From: Solirubrobacterales bacterium
GTDB lineage: Bacteria; Actinomycetota; Thermoleophilia; Solirubrobacterales; 70-9
Direction of reading: 5' to 3'
Assembly: GCA_019694145.1 (NCBI GenBank)
Contig: JAIBCJ010000003.1
Coordinates: forward strand, 1,736 to 65,735
Length of the DNA stretch: 64,000 nt
The notes under the pieces are model-generated. The model was given only the letters and a program-made list of their open reading frames with translations. It was not told the origin of the DNA and ran no database searches. The position numbers were made by a program, and so were the translations under genes. Position 1 is the first letter of the stretch; every line of letters starts with the position of its first letter. Below, in pieces: positions 25,728 to 35,293 of the stretch.

Positions 25728-27671
25728 TCAGCGCTGCTTCAGGTGCGCGACCTTCGAGGTCTTGATGAAGGTGTCCCCGGCGGTGACCAACACTTTCCGC
25801 GTGCCGCGGCCGCGGACCTTGAGCTTCGCCTTGCCCGAGCGGTCGGTGCGGACGATCCGGCCGGCGAGCTTCACCTTCGCGTTCTGGACCGGTCGCCTGT
25901 CGCCGTAGACGTTGGCGGTGACGGTTACGGTCACCTTGGTCGCCTTGCCGGCGCGCTTCGACTTGACTTGGGCGGCGAGCCTGCTCTTCTGCGGGAGTTT
26001 CTTGTAGCAGGCGCCCAGCTTGGGCAGGGCCGGAGCCTTCTTGCCGTCATAGACAGCAGTGATGCCGCCGGTCATGATCGGCAGCGGGTCGCCGCCCTGG
26101 ATCGTCATGTCCATGTTGAGCCGGCCCGTGTGCTGGCCGGTCACCGTGACATCGGCCTTGAGGGTCCAGACCCCTTCGATGGTGCGGCTGACGAAGTAGG
26201 TCCCGTTGACGAAGGTCTTGCCGTCCTTGGTGTAGTCGTGGTACTCGGAGGACCAGCTTCCGGTCTGGAGATTCCCGGTGTAGACCAGGTCGGCGGTGCC
26301 GCCGGCCTTGCCGTTCACGGTGACCGAGGTGTTCGACCCGACCGAGGGGAAGTACTGGGTGGGAGCGACCGCCCAGTTGCCGACCTCCGAGGAAACGACC
26401 TTCAGCTTCTTGCCGGCCGGACGCTCGATGTGGGCGATCGCGATCCGGTTCGGAGTCAGGCCCTTCTGCTGAACATGCTCCGAGAGCGTGGTCGCCGGGA
26501 TTGTCCGGGTGCGCTCCTGCAGCAGGACGTCCTGGCTGTTCGGGCTCCAGAACTGGTTGCCCGAAAGGTTGTTGCCCGGGGTCAGGTTGTTTTCCGGGTA
26601 GACGTTCAGCGGCTGGCCGATCAGCTTGCCGCCCATGTCGCCGGACGAGGAGAGCAACCAGGGCGAGAGGTCACACTGGAAGCCGGGCCAGGTCGAGACG
26701 TAGAAGGGAGCGAGTGCGGCCCCGGCCGGCATCTCGACAAACGAATCGATCTGCGGGATCCAGCCGAAGGCGTCCAGGCGATGGCGGGTGCGCCATGAGT
26801 AGAGAGCCAGCATCTTGCCGTCCGGCGAGATGGCGCCGTCCTCGTCCCAGTCGGGGTTGGCGGTCAGGCGGGTGACCTTGCCGGTCTTCAGGTTGATCTT
26901 GACCGGGTCGATGTTGTAGCCGGCACCGCCCAGGGCCAGGATCGAGGCGCCGCCGTCGGCGAAGCTCTTGAGCTCCCAGAGCTGGTTGTCACCGGCCCAG
27001 TTGGCGGCGTCGGTATCGGTCAGCGAGGTCGGCCGGTACGGATTGACCGCCTTCTGGTCAACCACCTTGTAGCGATCGTCCAGCCGGGTCAGACGACCGA
27101 CGATCATCACGGTGCCGTCGAGCCGGATGTCCATCCAGCCGAGGTGGACGCCGTCCGGCGCGAGGTGCCAGGTCCGTCGCTGAACGATCAGCGGCACGCC
27201 AACCTTGTCGTCCGACATGTCGACGGGCAGGTACTGGTGGCTCTGGCAGTCGTAGATGCTCGGCGAGCATTCGAGAATCCAGGCGTCGGTATTGGGGCCG
27301 CTGTCAACCCCGGTGAGCCCGCCGAGTTCATGGCTCACGAAGAGACGCTTGTTGTCCGGGAAGACATAAGTGAAGCCGCCGCTGATGTCGGGCCGGTCCG
27401 AGAACTCGCAGGTGATGCAGCTGGTGCCCTTTCCGTCCTTCGAGGTGGCCCAGGTACTGCCGTCAAGCTGATTCTGGAAGACGATGTGCTTGCCGTCCGG
27501 GCTGTAGGTCGGCAACCAGGGCTGGACGTCGTTCGGCACCTTGATCGTCTTCTTGTCGATCGGGTAGAAGGGCGGCTTGGCGGAGCTGGCCGACGCCGCT
27601 CCCGCCCCCAGAACCCCGGTCAGAAGTACTGCGACGAGCACGGCCCCTGCCGCGATCAGCTTGCTTTTCAT
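25728..27671 (-). CDS. Exported beta-propeller-like (PD40/TolB-like repeats) protein with basic Ig-like C-terminal tail
   Basis: Start at ATG 27671 (MKSKLIAAGAVLVAVLLTGVLGAGAASA signal peptide). PD40-like SPDGKHIVF and SPDGKMLALY. Tail ...GKAKLKVRGRGTRKVLVTAGDTFIKTSKVAHLKQR. Confidence 0.65.
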   Translation of the reverse strand: MKSKLIAAGAVLVAVLLTGVLGAGAASASSAKPPFYPIDKKTIKVPNDVQPWLPTYSPDGKHIVFQNQLDGSTWATSKDGKGTSCITCEFSDRPDISGGFTYVFPDNKRLFVSHELGGLTGVDSGPNTDAWILECSPSIYDCQSHQYLPVDMSDDKVGVPLIVQRRTWHLAPDGVHLGWMDIRLDGTVMIVGRLTRLDDRYKVVDQKAVNPYRPTSLTDTDAANWAGDNQLWELKSFADGGASILALGGAGYNIDPVKINLKTGKVTRLTANPDWDEDGAISPDGKMLALYSWRTRHRLDAFGWIPQIDSFVEMPAGAALAPFYVSTWPGFQCDLSPWLLSSSGDMGGKLIGQPLNVYPENNLTPGNNLSGNQFWSPNSQDVLLQERTRTIPATTLSEHVQQKGLTPNRIAIAHIERPAGKKLKVVSSEVGNWAVAPTQYFPSVGSNTSVTVNGKAGGTADLVYTGNLQTGSWSSEYHDYTKDGKTFVNGTYFVSRTIEGVWTLKADVTVTGQHTGRLNMDMTIQGGDPLPIMTGGITAVYDGKKAPALPKLGACYKKLPQKSRLAAQVKSKRAGKATKVTVTVTANVYGDRRPVQNAKVKLAGRIVRTDRSGKAKLKVRGRGTRKVLVTAGDTFIKTSKVAHLKQR

Positions 27672-27725
27672 CCCAACTCTCTCCATTTCCGGCGCAAGTA
27701 GACGCGTCGTGTTTCCGATTCGATT

Positions 27726-27750
27726 GTGTACAAATATCATATTCGTACAC
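27726..27750. promoter_or_regulatory. Candidate TetR operator in divergent promoter
   Basis: Near-perfect palindrome GTGTACAAATAT-C-ATATTCGTACAC (one mismatch) in an AT-rich stretch between 27671 and 27801. Confidence 0.45.
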
Positions 27751-27800
27751 TTTCGTGCAACTCCACCTTTCCGTAACACCGATCTGTAGAGTTCGATTCG

Positions 27801-28421
27801 ATGGAAGCAGCGACCACGTCAACCTCGAAGGCATTCGCCGCCCACCAGGACGAAGCTGCCGGCCTCGGCGCACCCCGCGCGACCCCGGCCGACGCCTTCC
27901 GCGCCGCCCTGCGGGCATTCGTCCGCGGCCCCCGGCTGGACATGGAAAAGCTGGCTCAGGATCTCGGCATTTCAAAGACCACCCTCTACCGCTGGACCGG
28001 CCCCCGGGACAAGCTGCTCTCGGAGATCCTCTGTTTCTTCGGCGAGGAGGCGGCCCGGATCGGCCGCGAAGCGTCAGAGGGGGCGACCGGGGTCAGGCGG
28101 ATCGAGCTCTTCACCCGCGGGTTCGTCGAATCGATCGTCAACTTCGAGCCGCACCGCAGGTTCGTCCGCAGCGAAACCGAACTCGCCTTCCGCCTCGTCC
28201 TGACCCGCGGCAGCCAGGTTCAGTCGACCGTGGTCGAGCGCTTCGCAGAAGTGCTCAGGGAAGAGGAGGCGAGCGGCAACCTCGGGTTGCGCGCCCCGGC
28301 CGGTGACCTCGCCTACGCGGCGATCCGGATAATCGAGGGCTTCATCTACAACGACGCCCTGACCGAGGACAGCCCCGACGTCGAGAAGGCAGTCAGCATC
28401 GTCTGCCTGCTGGTCGACTGA
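27801..28421 (+). CDS. TetR-family transcriptional regulator
   Basis: N-terminal HTH LAQDLGISKTTLYRW. Confidence 0.85.
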   Translation: MEAATTSTSKAFAAHQDEAAGLGAPRATPADAFRAALRAFVRGPRLDMEKLAQDLGISKTTLYRWTGPRDKLLSEILCFFGEEAARIGREASEGATGVRRIELFTRGFVESIVNFEPHRRFVRSETELAFRLVLTRGSQVQSTVVERFAEVLREEEASGNLGLRAPAGDLAYAAIRIIEGFIYNDALTEDSPDVEKAVSIVCLLVD

Positions 28422-28525
28422 GCGGCTGCGTCGGGATCTTCAGCAACGTCGACCGGCACGGGTAAACGCGGCAAGAGAAGCCCGGGCCGGAGTCGACCCG
28501 GGTTCCTCCTCCGCCCTTGACACGT

Positions 28526-29008
28526 TCAGTCATCCTGCCCGGTCTGAACCTGGAGCACGTTGAACTGCCTGTCGAGCGAGACCTTCAACTCCTGAGAGCC
28601 CTTGGTCAGGTCTACTTCATAGGCGGTACCGGCCGGAGCGGCTTTCTCGCCCGGGTCCTGATCGTCGCCCTTCTCGGGCGCGTCATTGGTCTCGGCGGTC
28701 ACTTCCTGGACCGTTCCGCCGGTCCTGGCAACCGCGGCGGCTTCAGCCTTCGCGGCGACCGTGCTTGAAACGGCTTCACCGGGGTCGGCTGCTTCCTGAC
28801 CGTCTTCGGCTTCGTTGTCGTCAGCGCCTTCAGAGGTGGACTCGTTCTCGTTGGCGTCAGAGTCGTGATCGTTGACTTCAGCCTTCTCCTGCGCGCCGTG
28901 ATCGTCGTCGGAGCCGCCGTTGGTTGCAGAAGCGATCGCGGCACCGCCGAGGGCCAGAGCCGCAAGCGCCAGGAGTGACGCGAGTATTTTCTTGATCTTG
29001 GATGTCAT
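28526..29008 (-). CDS. Exported PepSY-domain-like protein with acidic linker
   Basis: Start ATG 29008 with signal peptide MTSKIKKILASLLALAALALGGAAIASA. Asp/Glu-rich linker. C-terminal PepSY-like block (AAAVARTGGTVQEVTAE...YEVDLTKG). Divergent from the two-component system. Confidence 0.6.
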   Translation of the reverse strand: MTSKIKKILASLLALAALALGGAAIASATNGGSDDDHGAQEKAEVNDHDSDANENESTSEGADDNEAEDGQEAADPGEAVSSTVAAKAEAAAVARTGGTVQEVTAETNDAPEKGDDQDPGEKAAPAGTAYEVDLTKGSQELKVSLDRQFNVLQVQTGQDD

Positions 29009-29167
29009 GTGTTCTTCCTTCTCATCGGGGCCGAGGGGCATCGGCGCTTTTCCAATGAGGCGAGTATGTGCGCGGAACCCTGAATTTCTCCTGACCGGGA
29101 GCGGATTTTCAGGAGTCGTTCAGGTTTGCCACCGATCATTGGACCGTATGACCGAAGCGGCGATCAC

Positions 29168-29833
29168 ATGAACCTGAACGTCCTGGTTGTCGAGGACAAC
29201 CCCGAGCTCCGGCGGCTGCTCAACCAGGGGCTCGACGAGGAGGGATTCGAGGTCGATCTGGCGCGCAACGGTCGCGAAGCCCTGATGCTTGCCGATCCGC
29301 AAAAGCACGACCTGCTGGTGATTGACATCGGGTTGCCGGATTCCGATGGCCGCGATGTCTGCCAGGCGCTCAAGTCGAAGGGGATCGAGGCACCCGTGCT
29401 GTTCCTGACCGCAAAGGATTCCGGACCGGACCGGGTCTCGGGCTTCAGCGCCGGTGGAGACGACTACCTGACCAAGCCGTTCGTGTTCGCCGAACTCGTG
29501 GCCCGGCTGCGGGTGCTCGGCAGGCGTTTGACTCGGGGCGATCGGTCCACTTCCGGGGATCTCAGGCTGGATCCGGTCCGGCACGTACTGACCTGCGGGG
29601 ACCGTGAGACCGAACTGACTCCGACCGAGTTTCGCCTGACCGGGGCCATGATCGCCCGATCGGGAGAAGTGATCCGACGCCGCGAGATGATCGCGGCCGC
29701 CTGGCCACCGGGGGCGATCGTGCACGACAACACGGTCGATGTCTACGTGCGGAGGCTTCGCAGGAAACTCGACGAACTCGAGAGCGAGTCGAGAATCCAC
29801 ACCGTTCACGGAGTTGGATACCGGCTCGAATGA
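29168..29833 (+). CDS. OmpR-family response regulator
   Basis: Receiver motifs VLVVEDN, DLLVIDIGLPDSDG and TKPF. Winged-helix C-terminus ending GVGYRLE. Confidence 0.9.
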   Translation: MNLNVLVVEDNPELRRLLNQGLDEEGFEVDLARNGREALMLADPQKHDLLVIDIGLPDSDGRDVCQALKSKGIEAPVLFLTAKDSGPDRVSGFSAGGDDYLTKPFVFAELVARLRVLGRRLTRGDRSTSGDLRLDPVRHVLTCGDRETELTPTEFRLTGAMIARSGEVIRRREMIAAAWPPGAIVHDNTVDVYVRRLRRKLDELESESRIHTVHGVGYRLE

Positions 29834-31176
29834 AAGGGACGATCCGTCAGCGACTGACTTTCTCGGTGGTCTGCGTGACCGCGGTGATGCTGGCCCTGCT
29901 CGTGGTGGGCTTCAACCTCTCGCTGCGTGCCAGTCTCGATGGCGACGTGGACCGGCTCCTTCACGCCAGGGCCCAGGCGACGCTCGACAACATCGATCTG
30001 GAGAACGGGAAACTCGAAGTCAGCGAGGGATCGGACGACGGCGCCGAAGACGCGCTGGTCTGGATCTACGACGACCGAAAGCCGCTTGAGTCTCCGCAGG
30101 TTGCCAGCCAGCTGGATCGGGTGGCGGCCTCACTCGCCGCGGAGGGAAGCGGGGAGCGGGATGACTCGGACAGCGACACAAGGCTCTTCGCGCGGCCGGT
30201 GGTGCAGAACGGCCGGGTAGTGGGCACGGTGGTTACCGGGGTCTCGCTCGAGCCTTACGAGCGGACCGCGGATCGGGCCGCCTTCGCTTCGGTGGTGCTC
30301 GCCTTGATCATGCTCGTGCTGATCACGATCACGACCAGGCTCGTGGTCGGCAGGGCACTCAAGCCCGTCTCGGAGATGACCGAGGAAGCCGCGAAATGGA
30401 GCGAGCACGATCTGGACCGAAGGTTCAACGAGGGCGAGCCCACCGACGAGCTGACCAGGCTGGCGGCCACTTTCGACACGATGCTGGACCGGATGGCCTA
30501 CATGGTCCGGCACGAGAGGAACTTTTCGGCCGAACTCTCGCATGAACTCAGGACTCCTCTTTCCGCGATATCGGCCGAGGCGGAGATCGCGCTCACAAAG
30601 GATCGGGACGCGGCTGAATACCGGGAATCACTGGAACGGATCGCCGAGCGATCGACCGAGCTCACGAAGATTCTCGAGACCTTGCTCGACGTCGCGAGAT
30701 CGGAAGGCAGCGGCGGATCCGATGAAGCGGCCGATCTCCTTGACTCGGTCGATTCCGCAGTGGCCGCGGCGGGTTCGCTGACCGATCGATACGGCGTCGT
30801 GGTCGAGCTGGACCGGCCCGAAGGCCGGATCCGGGCTCAGGTGGCCGGCGACACGTTCCAGCGGATGATCTCGCCGATCATCGAGAACGCGATCACCTAC
30901 GCCAGGGCCACCGTGTCGATCGCAATCCGGTCGAGGGGAAGAACGGCCGAAGTCGTGATCCGGGATGACGGACCCGGGTTTTCGCCCCGGGATCTGGAGG
31001 CGGCGTTCGAGCCCGGGATGCGGGGAATTGCGGCACGAAACGAAGCGGCGCCGCCCGGTACCGGTCTGGGCCTCGCCCTTGCCCGTCGCCTGGCCCGGGC
31101 CAACGGTGGAGACGTCTCGATCCCCGTGTCGGGCGACGGAGGAACGGTCATCCTGACCGTTCCGATCGCGTCCTGA
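29830..31176 (+). CDS. Sensor histidine kinase
   Basis: ATGA overlap with the regulator. Two TM segments. H-box SHELRTPL. G2 box GTGLGLALARRLA. Confidence 0.9.
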   Translation: MKGTIRQRLTFSVVCVTAVMLALLVVGFNLSLRASLDGDVDRLLHARAQATLDNIDLENGKLEVSEGSDDGAEDALVWIYDDRKPLESPQVASQLDRVAASLAAEGSGERDDSDSDTRLFARPVVQNGRVVGTVVTGVSLEPYERTADRAAFASVVLALIMLVLITITTRLVVGRALKPVSEMTEEAAKWSEHDLDRRFNEGEPTDELTRLAATFDTMLDRMAYMVRHERNFSAELSHELRTPLSAISAEAEIALTKDRDAAEYRESLERIAERSTELTKILETLLDVARSEGSGGSDEAADLLDSVDSAVAAAGSLTDRYGVVVELDRPEGRIRAQVAGDTFQRMISPIIENAITYARATVSIAIRSRGRTAEVVIRDDGPGFSPRDLEAAFEPGMRGIAARNEAAPPGTGLGLALARRLARANGGDVSIPVSGDGGTVILTVPIAS

Positions 31177-31188
31177 GTTGGCGCCTGA

Positions 31189-32058
31189 CTAAACGCTGAC
31201 CGCCTCCGCCTCCTCCGTCTCCTCCATTTCGGCCTCGACGACCTCCGGTGGAGTCTGGTCAACCTTTGTGACCGAGAGGTAGATCACGAGCCCGAGGATC
31301 GCGGCCAGGAAGATGAAGCTGGTCACGGTGGTTCCAAGGCCCAGACCCCCGTTCGCGGTCGGTTGGGACATCCAGTCACCGATTGAAGCTCCGAGCGGTC
31401 TGGTCAGGATGTAGGCGACCCAGAAGGCTGTAACGGCCCCCAGCCTGAACCTGAAGTGCGCCAGCGCGACGAGCCCGATCGCCGCGGCAAAAATCAGGAT
31501 GGAAACGAAATAACCGAGCCCGTACTGCTCGGCGATCTGGTCGCCGGCCGAGGTTCCCAGCGCGAAGGTGAACAGAATTGCGAGCCAGTAGAAGGCCTCT
31601 CTGCGGGTGGTCGTAATCGAGTGGATCGAGAGGGTCCGCTCAAAGGCGTACCACACGACAAAGGTGATCGCCAACGCCACCGAGAACCCGATCGTCGTGG
31701 TTTGGAGCGCGACATTCATGTTCTCCACGAGGTTGTCGGTGATCAACGTGCCAACCACGCTGATCAGGACCACGGCAGTCCAGTAGATCCCCGGCACGTA
31801 GCGTCTGGATCTGAACTGGAAGATCAGGGCTACGACGAGCAAGGCGCCGATCGCATAGGTGGTATTGGTCAACCCGAAGCCAAGGTCGACGTTCATGTAA
31901 TCGGCCGCGGTTTCTCCGACCGTGGTGCAGAGAACCTTGATGATCCAGAAGTAGAGGGTTACCTCCGGAACCTTGTTGAGCATCTGGCGGGCCAGAGACC
32001 GGTCCGCCCCGGTTGTCGGGAGTCTTTGAGCAAGGCTGTTCATGCCGGAAGAATCCAC
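31189..32058 (-). CDS. Polytopic membrane protein with repeated T-x-x-G-[ED] motifs (COG4705-like, tentative)
   Basis: 289 aa and about eight hydrophobic segments. Repeated TTVGETAADY / GTSAGDQIAE / GASIGDWMSQ. Confidence 0.6.
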   Translation of the reverse strand: MDSSGMNSLAQRLPTTGADRSLARQMLNKVPEVTLYFWIIKVLCTTVGETAADYMNVDLGFGLTNTTYAIGALLVVALIFQFRSRRYVPGIYWTAVVLISVVGTLITDNLVENMNVALQTTTIGFSVALAITFVVWYAFERTLSIHSITTTRREAFYWLAILFTFALGTSAGDQIAEQYGLGYFVSILIFAAAIGLVALAHFRFRLGAVTAFWVAYILTRPLGASIGDWMSQPTANGGLGLGTTVTSFIFLAAILGLVIYLSVTKVDQTPPEVVEAEMEETEEAEAVSV

Positions 32059-32088
32059 TCCCGAACCTGAACGACTCCTGACAGCGAG

Positions 32089-32162
32089 AGCCCGGCTCCG
32101 GGCTCGAACCGGAAACCTCCTGTTTACAAGACAGGTGCTCTAGCCAATTGAGCTAGCCGGGC
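32089..32162 (-). tRNA. tRNA-Thr (anticodon TGT)
   Basis: Hand-folded 74-nt cloverleaf: acceptor GCCCGGC/GCCGGGC, D-arm GCTC-AATTGGCTA-GAGC, anticodon arm CCTGT-CTTGTAA-ACAGG, T-arm TCCGG-TTCGAGC-CCGGA, discriminator T. No encoded CCA. Confidence 0.9.
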
Positions 32163-32256
32163 AGGAGGCGTGATTCTGACAGCCCCGGCAGGCTTTGGCC
32201 CCGGCCGGGTGCGGTCCGGCGCGGGGCGATGGCCTGTCAGGCCGAATGCCGCTTGT

Positions 32257-32955
32257 TCAGACGGCGATGTCGCGTGATTCGAGGTGCTTGCTGACCTTGC
32301 GCTTGACCCGCTGGAGGGCGTTGTCGACGGTCTTGGTCTCGCAACCGAGCAGGGCGGCGACGTCCTCGTAGGAGCGGTCCTCGAGGTAGTAGCCGAGCAC
32401 GCTGCTTTCCATTTCCGAGAGGGTCGACTGGAGGCAGGAAACGAGGGAGGAGAGTTCTTCGGAAGAAATCGCCTGGTTGACCGGGTCGAGCGCGGTCGGC
32501 CCCGGGAGGATCTCCTCCATCGTGGTCTCCGACTCGGTGTTCGAGGCCGGCGACTGGCCGAAGGACACGTACTGGTTGAGCGGGACGTGCTTGTTGCGGG
32601 TCGCGGTCTTCACCGCGGTGATGATTTGCCGGGTGATGCAGAGCTCGGCGAAGTTGCGAAAACTCGACTCGCGGTCGGTCCGGTAATCCCGGATCGCCTT
32701 GTGCAGGCCGAGCAGGCCCTCCTGGATCAGATCGTCGGAATCGCCGCCGACCAGGAAGTAGGAAGAAGCCTTGAGCCGGACAAAACCGTGGTACCGCCTG
32801 ATCAGACGATCGGCCGCATCGGTCTTGCCACGCTTGGCGAAGGCGACGAGGGTCTCATCATCAGGCTCAAGTCGAGGGTTAGATACTGAACCGCGGGATC
32901 GAGCAGGAACGTCGGAAACCGCATGGTTGTGGGAAATTGAGGTTGGGGTAGCCAC
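32257..32955 (-). CDS. sigH: Sigma-H (Spo0H)-type RNA polymerase sigma factor
   Basis: Long collinear similarity to Bacillus SigH as recalled (YFLVGGDSDDLIQEGLLGLHKAIRDY...SFRNFAELCITRQIITAVKTATRNKHVPLN...VDNALQRVKRKV). GTG start with RBS AAAGGAGAA. Confidence 0.85.
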   Translation of the reverse strand: MATPTSISHNHAVSDVPARSRGSVSNPRLEPDDETLVAFAKRGKTDAADRLIRRYHGFVRLKASSYFLVGGDSDDLIQEGLLGLHKAIRDYRTDRESSFRNFAELCITRQIITAVKTATRNKHVPLNQYVSFGQSPASNTESETTMEEILPGPTALDPVNQAISSEELSSLVSCLQSTLSEMESSVLGYYLEDRSYEDVAALLGCETKTVDNALQRVKRKVSKHLESRDIAV

Positions 32956-33157
32956 CGCACATTCTCCTTTAGAAGAAGGCCTGTGGCGCCACTTACCTCC
33001 CCTGGACGCCCTTGCTGACAGATGAATCTCACACTCAAGTCGAGGTTCACCCTTTATCTGTCGCTTAGTTTACATATACACGGGGTTCTGTCAACTACCT
33101 GCCTCCAAATCTGCAATCCGGCTTGCAGAAGCGAAGTCCAGGGAGGAACCGTGAGGT

Positions 33158-33195
33158 GGGTCGGATTTCCGTCGCCTGTGCGGGAAATCCGACCC
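33158..33195 (-). terminator. Hairpin downstream of rlmB
   Basis: Perfect 13-bp stem GGGTCGGATTTCC / GGAAATCCGACCC with a 12-nt loop, 46 nt after the rlmB stop. Confidence 0.45.
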
Positions 33196-33240
33196 GCCCG
33201 AAGGGGCGGAATGGTGATGGGGTGGCGCGGGGCCGGAGGT

Positions 33241-33903
33241 TCAGGTCCGGCTGCGCTGGCGGATTGCTTCGAAGATCAGGACGGCAGCGGCGACCGAGAC
33301 GTTCAGGGAGTCGACCTGGCCGCTTTGCGGGATCGCGATCAGGCCGTCGCACGAATCGGCGACCCGTTGCCGGAGGCCCTTCTCCTCGGTGCCGAGGACG
33401 AGGGCGGTCTTGCCGGTCAGGTCCACCTGCCAGGGGGCCTGGTCTGCGCGTCCGTCGGCTCCCCAGATCCAGAAGCCCGCATCCTTGGCTTCGATGATCC
33501 AGTCACTGATGTTGCGGACCCGGGCGATCTTCAGATGCTCGACCGCGCCGGCCGAAGCCTTGGCCGCCGCGGCGGTGACCGAAGCGGCCCGTCGATCGGG
33601 GATCACCACCCCGGTCGCCCCCGCGGCTTCGGCCGAACGGCAGATCGCACCGAGGTTGCGGGGGTCCTGGATCTGGTCGAGGACCACGACCAGTGCGTCC
33701 TCCCCGGCCAGCAGGTCGGACCCGCTCAGGTAGGGGAAAGGCTCGACCTCGGCCACGATCCCCTGATGGTCGGTCGAACCGCAAAGCTCGACCAGCCTGG
33801 TCTCCGGCGTTTCGGGGGCTTCCCAGACCCGGAGCACCTTTCGCCGGCCCCGCTTGGCCTCCTCGACGGGATTGCGGCCATAGATGATCTCCGGGTCGGA
33901 CAT
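33241..33903 (-). CDS. rlmB: SpoU/TrmH-family 23S rRNA 2'-O-methyltransferase (RlmB-like)
   Basis: SpoU motifs LDQIQDPRNLGAICRSAEAAG and SLNVSVAAAVLIFE. The start overlaps the cysS stop (ATGA). Confidence 0.85.
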   Translation of the reverse strand: MSDPEIIYGRNPVEEAKRGRRKVLRVWEAPETPETRLVELCGSTDHQGIVAEVEPFPYLSGSDLLAGEDALVVVLDQIQDPRNLGAICRSAEAAGATGVVIPDRRAASVTAAAAKASAGAVEHLKIARVRNISDWIIEAKDAGFWIWGADGRADQAPWQVDLTGKTALVLGTEEKGLRQRVADSCDGLIAIPQSGQVDSLNVSVAAAVLIFEAIRQRSRT

Positions 33904-35276
33904 CAGCTGCGGGGCACGAGCCGGGCGCCTTCGGCCCCGTCACGGACCTCCCAGCCGAGTTCGGCCAGACTGTCCCGGATCTCGTCGGCGCGGGCCCAGT
34001 CCTTGTCGGCCCTGGCCGCGTTTCTTGCCTCGAGCAGCTCGAGCGCCTCGTCCCCGGGTCCCTCCTCCCCGCCCGTGGCGAGGGATTCCAGGCCGACCAG
34101 CTCCAGCATCCCGGCCAGAACGGTCCCGGCACCGGCCAGGGCGGGGTCGTCGGGCCGCTGATTGACGGCGCGAACCAGGTCGAAGGCCTCGCGCATCGCC
34201 CGGGGAGTGTTGAAATCATCGGCCAGCGCGTCCCGGAACCGGGAACCGGCCGCCGCGGCCTCGTCGCCGGGCACGCCCTCCCCCGCCCCTGCCGGCGGAT
34301 TTTCGCGCAGGAAGTTGCGCAGGCGTTCGTTGCCGGCAGCCGCCTGTTCGAGCGGGCCCTCGCCGAAGGCGAGTGGCTGGCGGTAGTGACCGGAAATCAG
34401 GTAGGCGACCACGGTTTCGGCTCCGTAGGCGTCGAGCGCCTCGGAAAGCTGGAAGATGTTCCCGACCGACTTCGACATCTTTTCCGAGCCGGTTTCGATC
34501 ATCCCGTTGTGCATCCAGATCCGGGCCAGCTGCTCGCCCCGGGCCGCCTCGGACTGGGCGATCTCGTTTTCGTGATGGGGGAAGACCAGGTCGGACCCGC
34601 CTCCGTGAATCGTGAACGGCTGGCCCAGTTCGGCCTCGGCCATCGCCGAGCACTCGATGTGCCAGCCCGGCCGGCCCGGGCCCCAAGGCGATTCCCAGCT
34701 CAGGTCCTCGCCGTCTTTTTTGGCCTTCCAGAGGGCGAAATCGAGCGGGTCGCGCTTGAGCGAACCGGCGTCATCGCCTTCTCCCTGTTCCATTTCCTCG
34801 GTCGGACGGTGGGAGAGCTTGCCGTAGCCATCGAAGCTCCGAACCGCGAAGTAGACGTCACCGCCGGACTCGTAGGCGTGGCCTTCCTCGACCAGGGTCG
34901 CGATCAGGTCGATGATCGGCCCGATCGTCTCGGTCGCCAGGGGCTCCGAGTCGGGGCGGCCGATGCCGAGCCTTCCGGTGTCCTCGAAATAGGCGGCGGT
35001 CATCTCGGCCGCCAGTTCGGTCGAGCTGACCCCCCGCCCGGCCGCGGCGGTGTAGATCTTGTCGTTTACGTCGGTGACGTTGATCGCCAGCTTCGCCCCG
35101 TAGCCCTCGCTCCGGAGAAAACGGGCGAGCAGCGAGAAGATCACGAAAGGACGGGCGTTGCCGATGTGGATCCGGCTGTAAACGGTCGGGCCGCAGGCGT
35201 AGATGCCGATCTCTTCATCGGTGCCGAGAGTGAGGAGTTCCCCACTCATCGTGTCCCTGATCCTGACCTCGCGCAT
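33903..35276 (-). CDS. cysS: Cysteinyl-tRNA synthetase
   Basis: Start at ATG 35276 (MREVRIRDTMSGE aligns with the usual CysS N-terminus). HIGH-type HIGNARP. KMSKS motif KMSKSVGN. Confidence 0.92.
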   Translation of the reverse strand: MREVRIRDTMSGELLTLGTDEEIGIYACGPTVYSRIHIGNARPFVIFSLLARFLRSEGYGAKLAINVTDVNDKIYTAAAGRGVSSTELAAEMTAAYFEDTGRLGIGRPDSEPLATETIGPIIDLIATLVEEGHAYESGGDVYFAVRSFDGYGKLSHRPTEEMEQGEGDDAGSLKRDPLDFALWKAKKDGEDLSWESPWGPGRPGWHIECSAMAEAELGQPFTIHGGGSDLVFPHHENEIAQSEAARGEQLARIWMHNGMIETGSEKMSKSVGNIFQLSEALDAYGAETVVAYLISGHYRQPLAFGEGPLEQAAAGNERLRNFLRENPPAGAGEGVPGDEAAAAGSRFRDALADDFNTPRAMREAFDLVRAVNQRPDDPALAGAGTVLAGMLELVGLESLATGGEEGPGDEALELLEARNAARADKDWARADEIRDSLAELGWEVRDGAEGARLVPRS

Positions 35277-35293
35277 TGCCGCGGGGAGACTAC

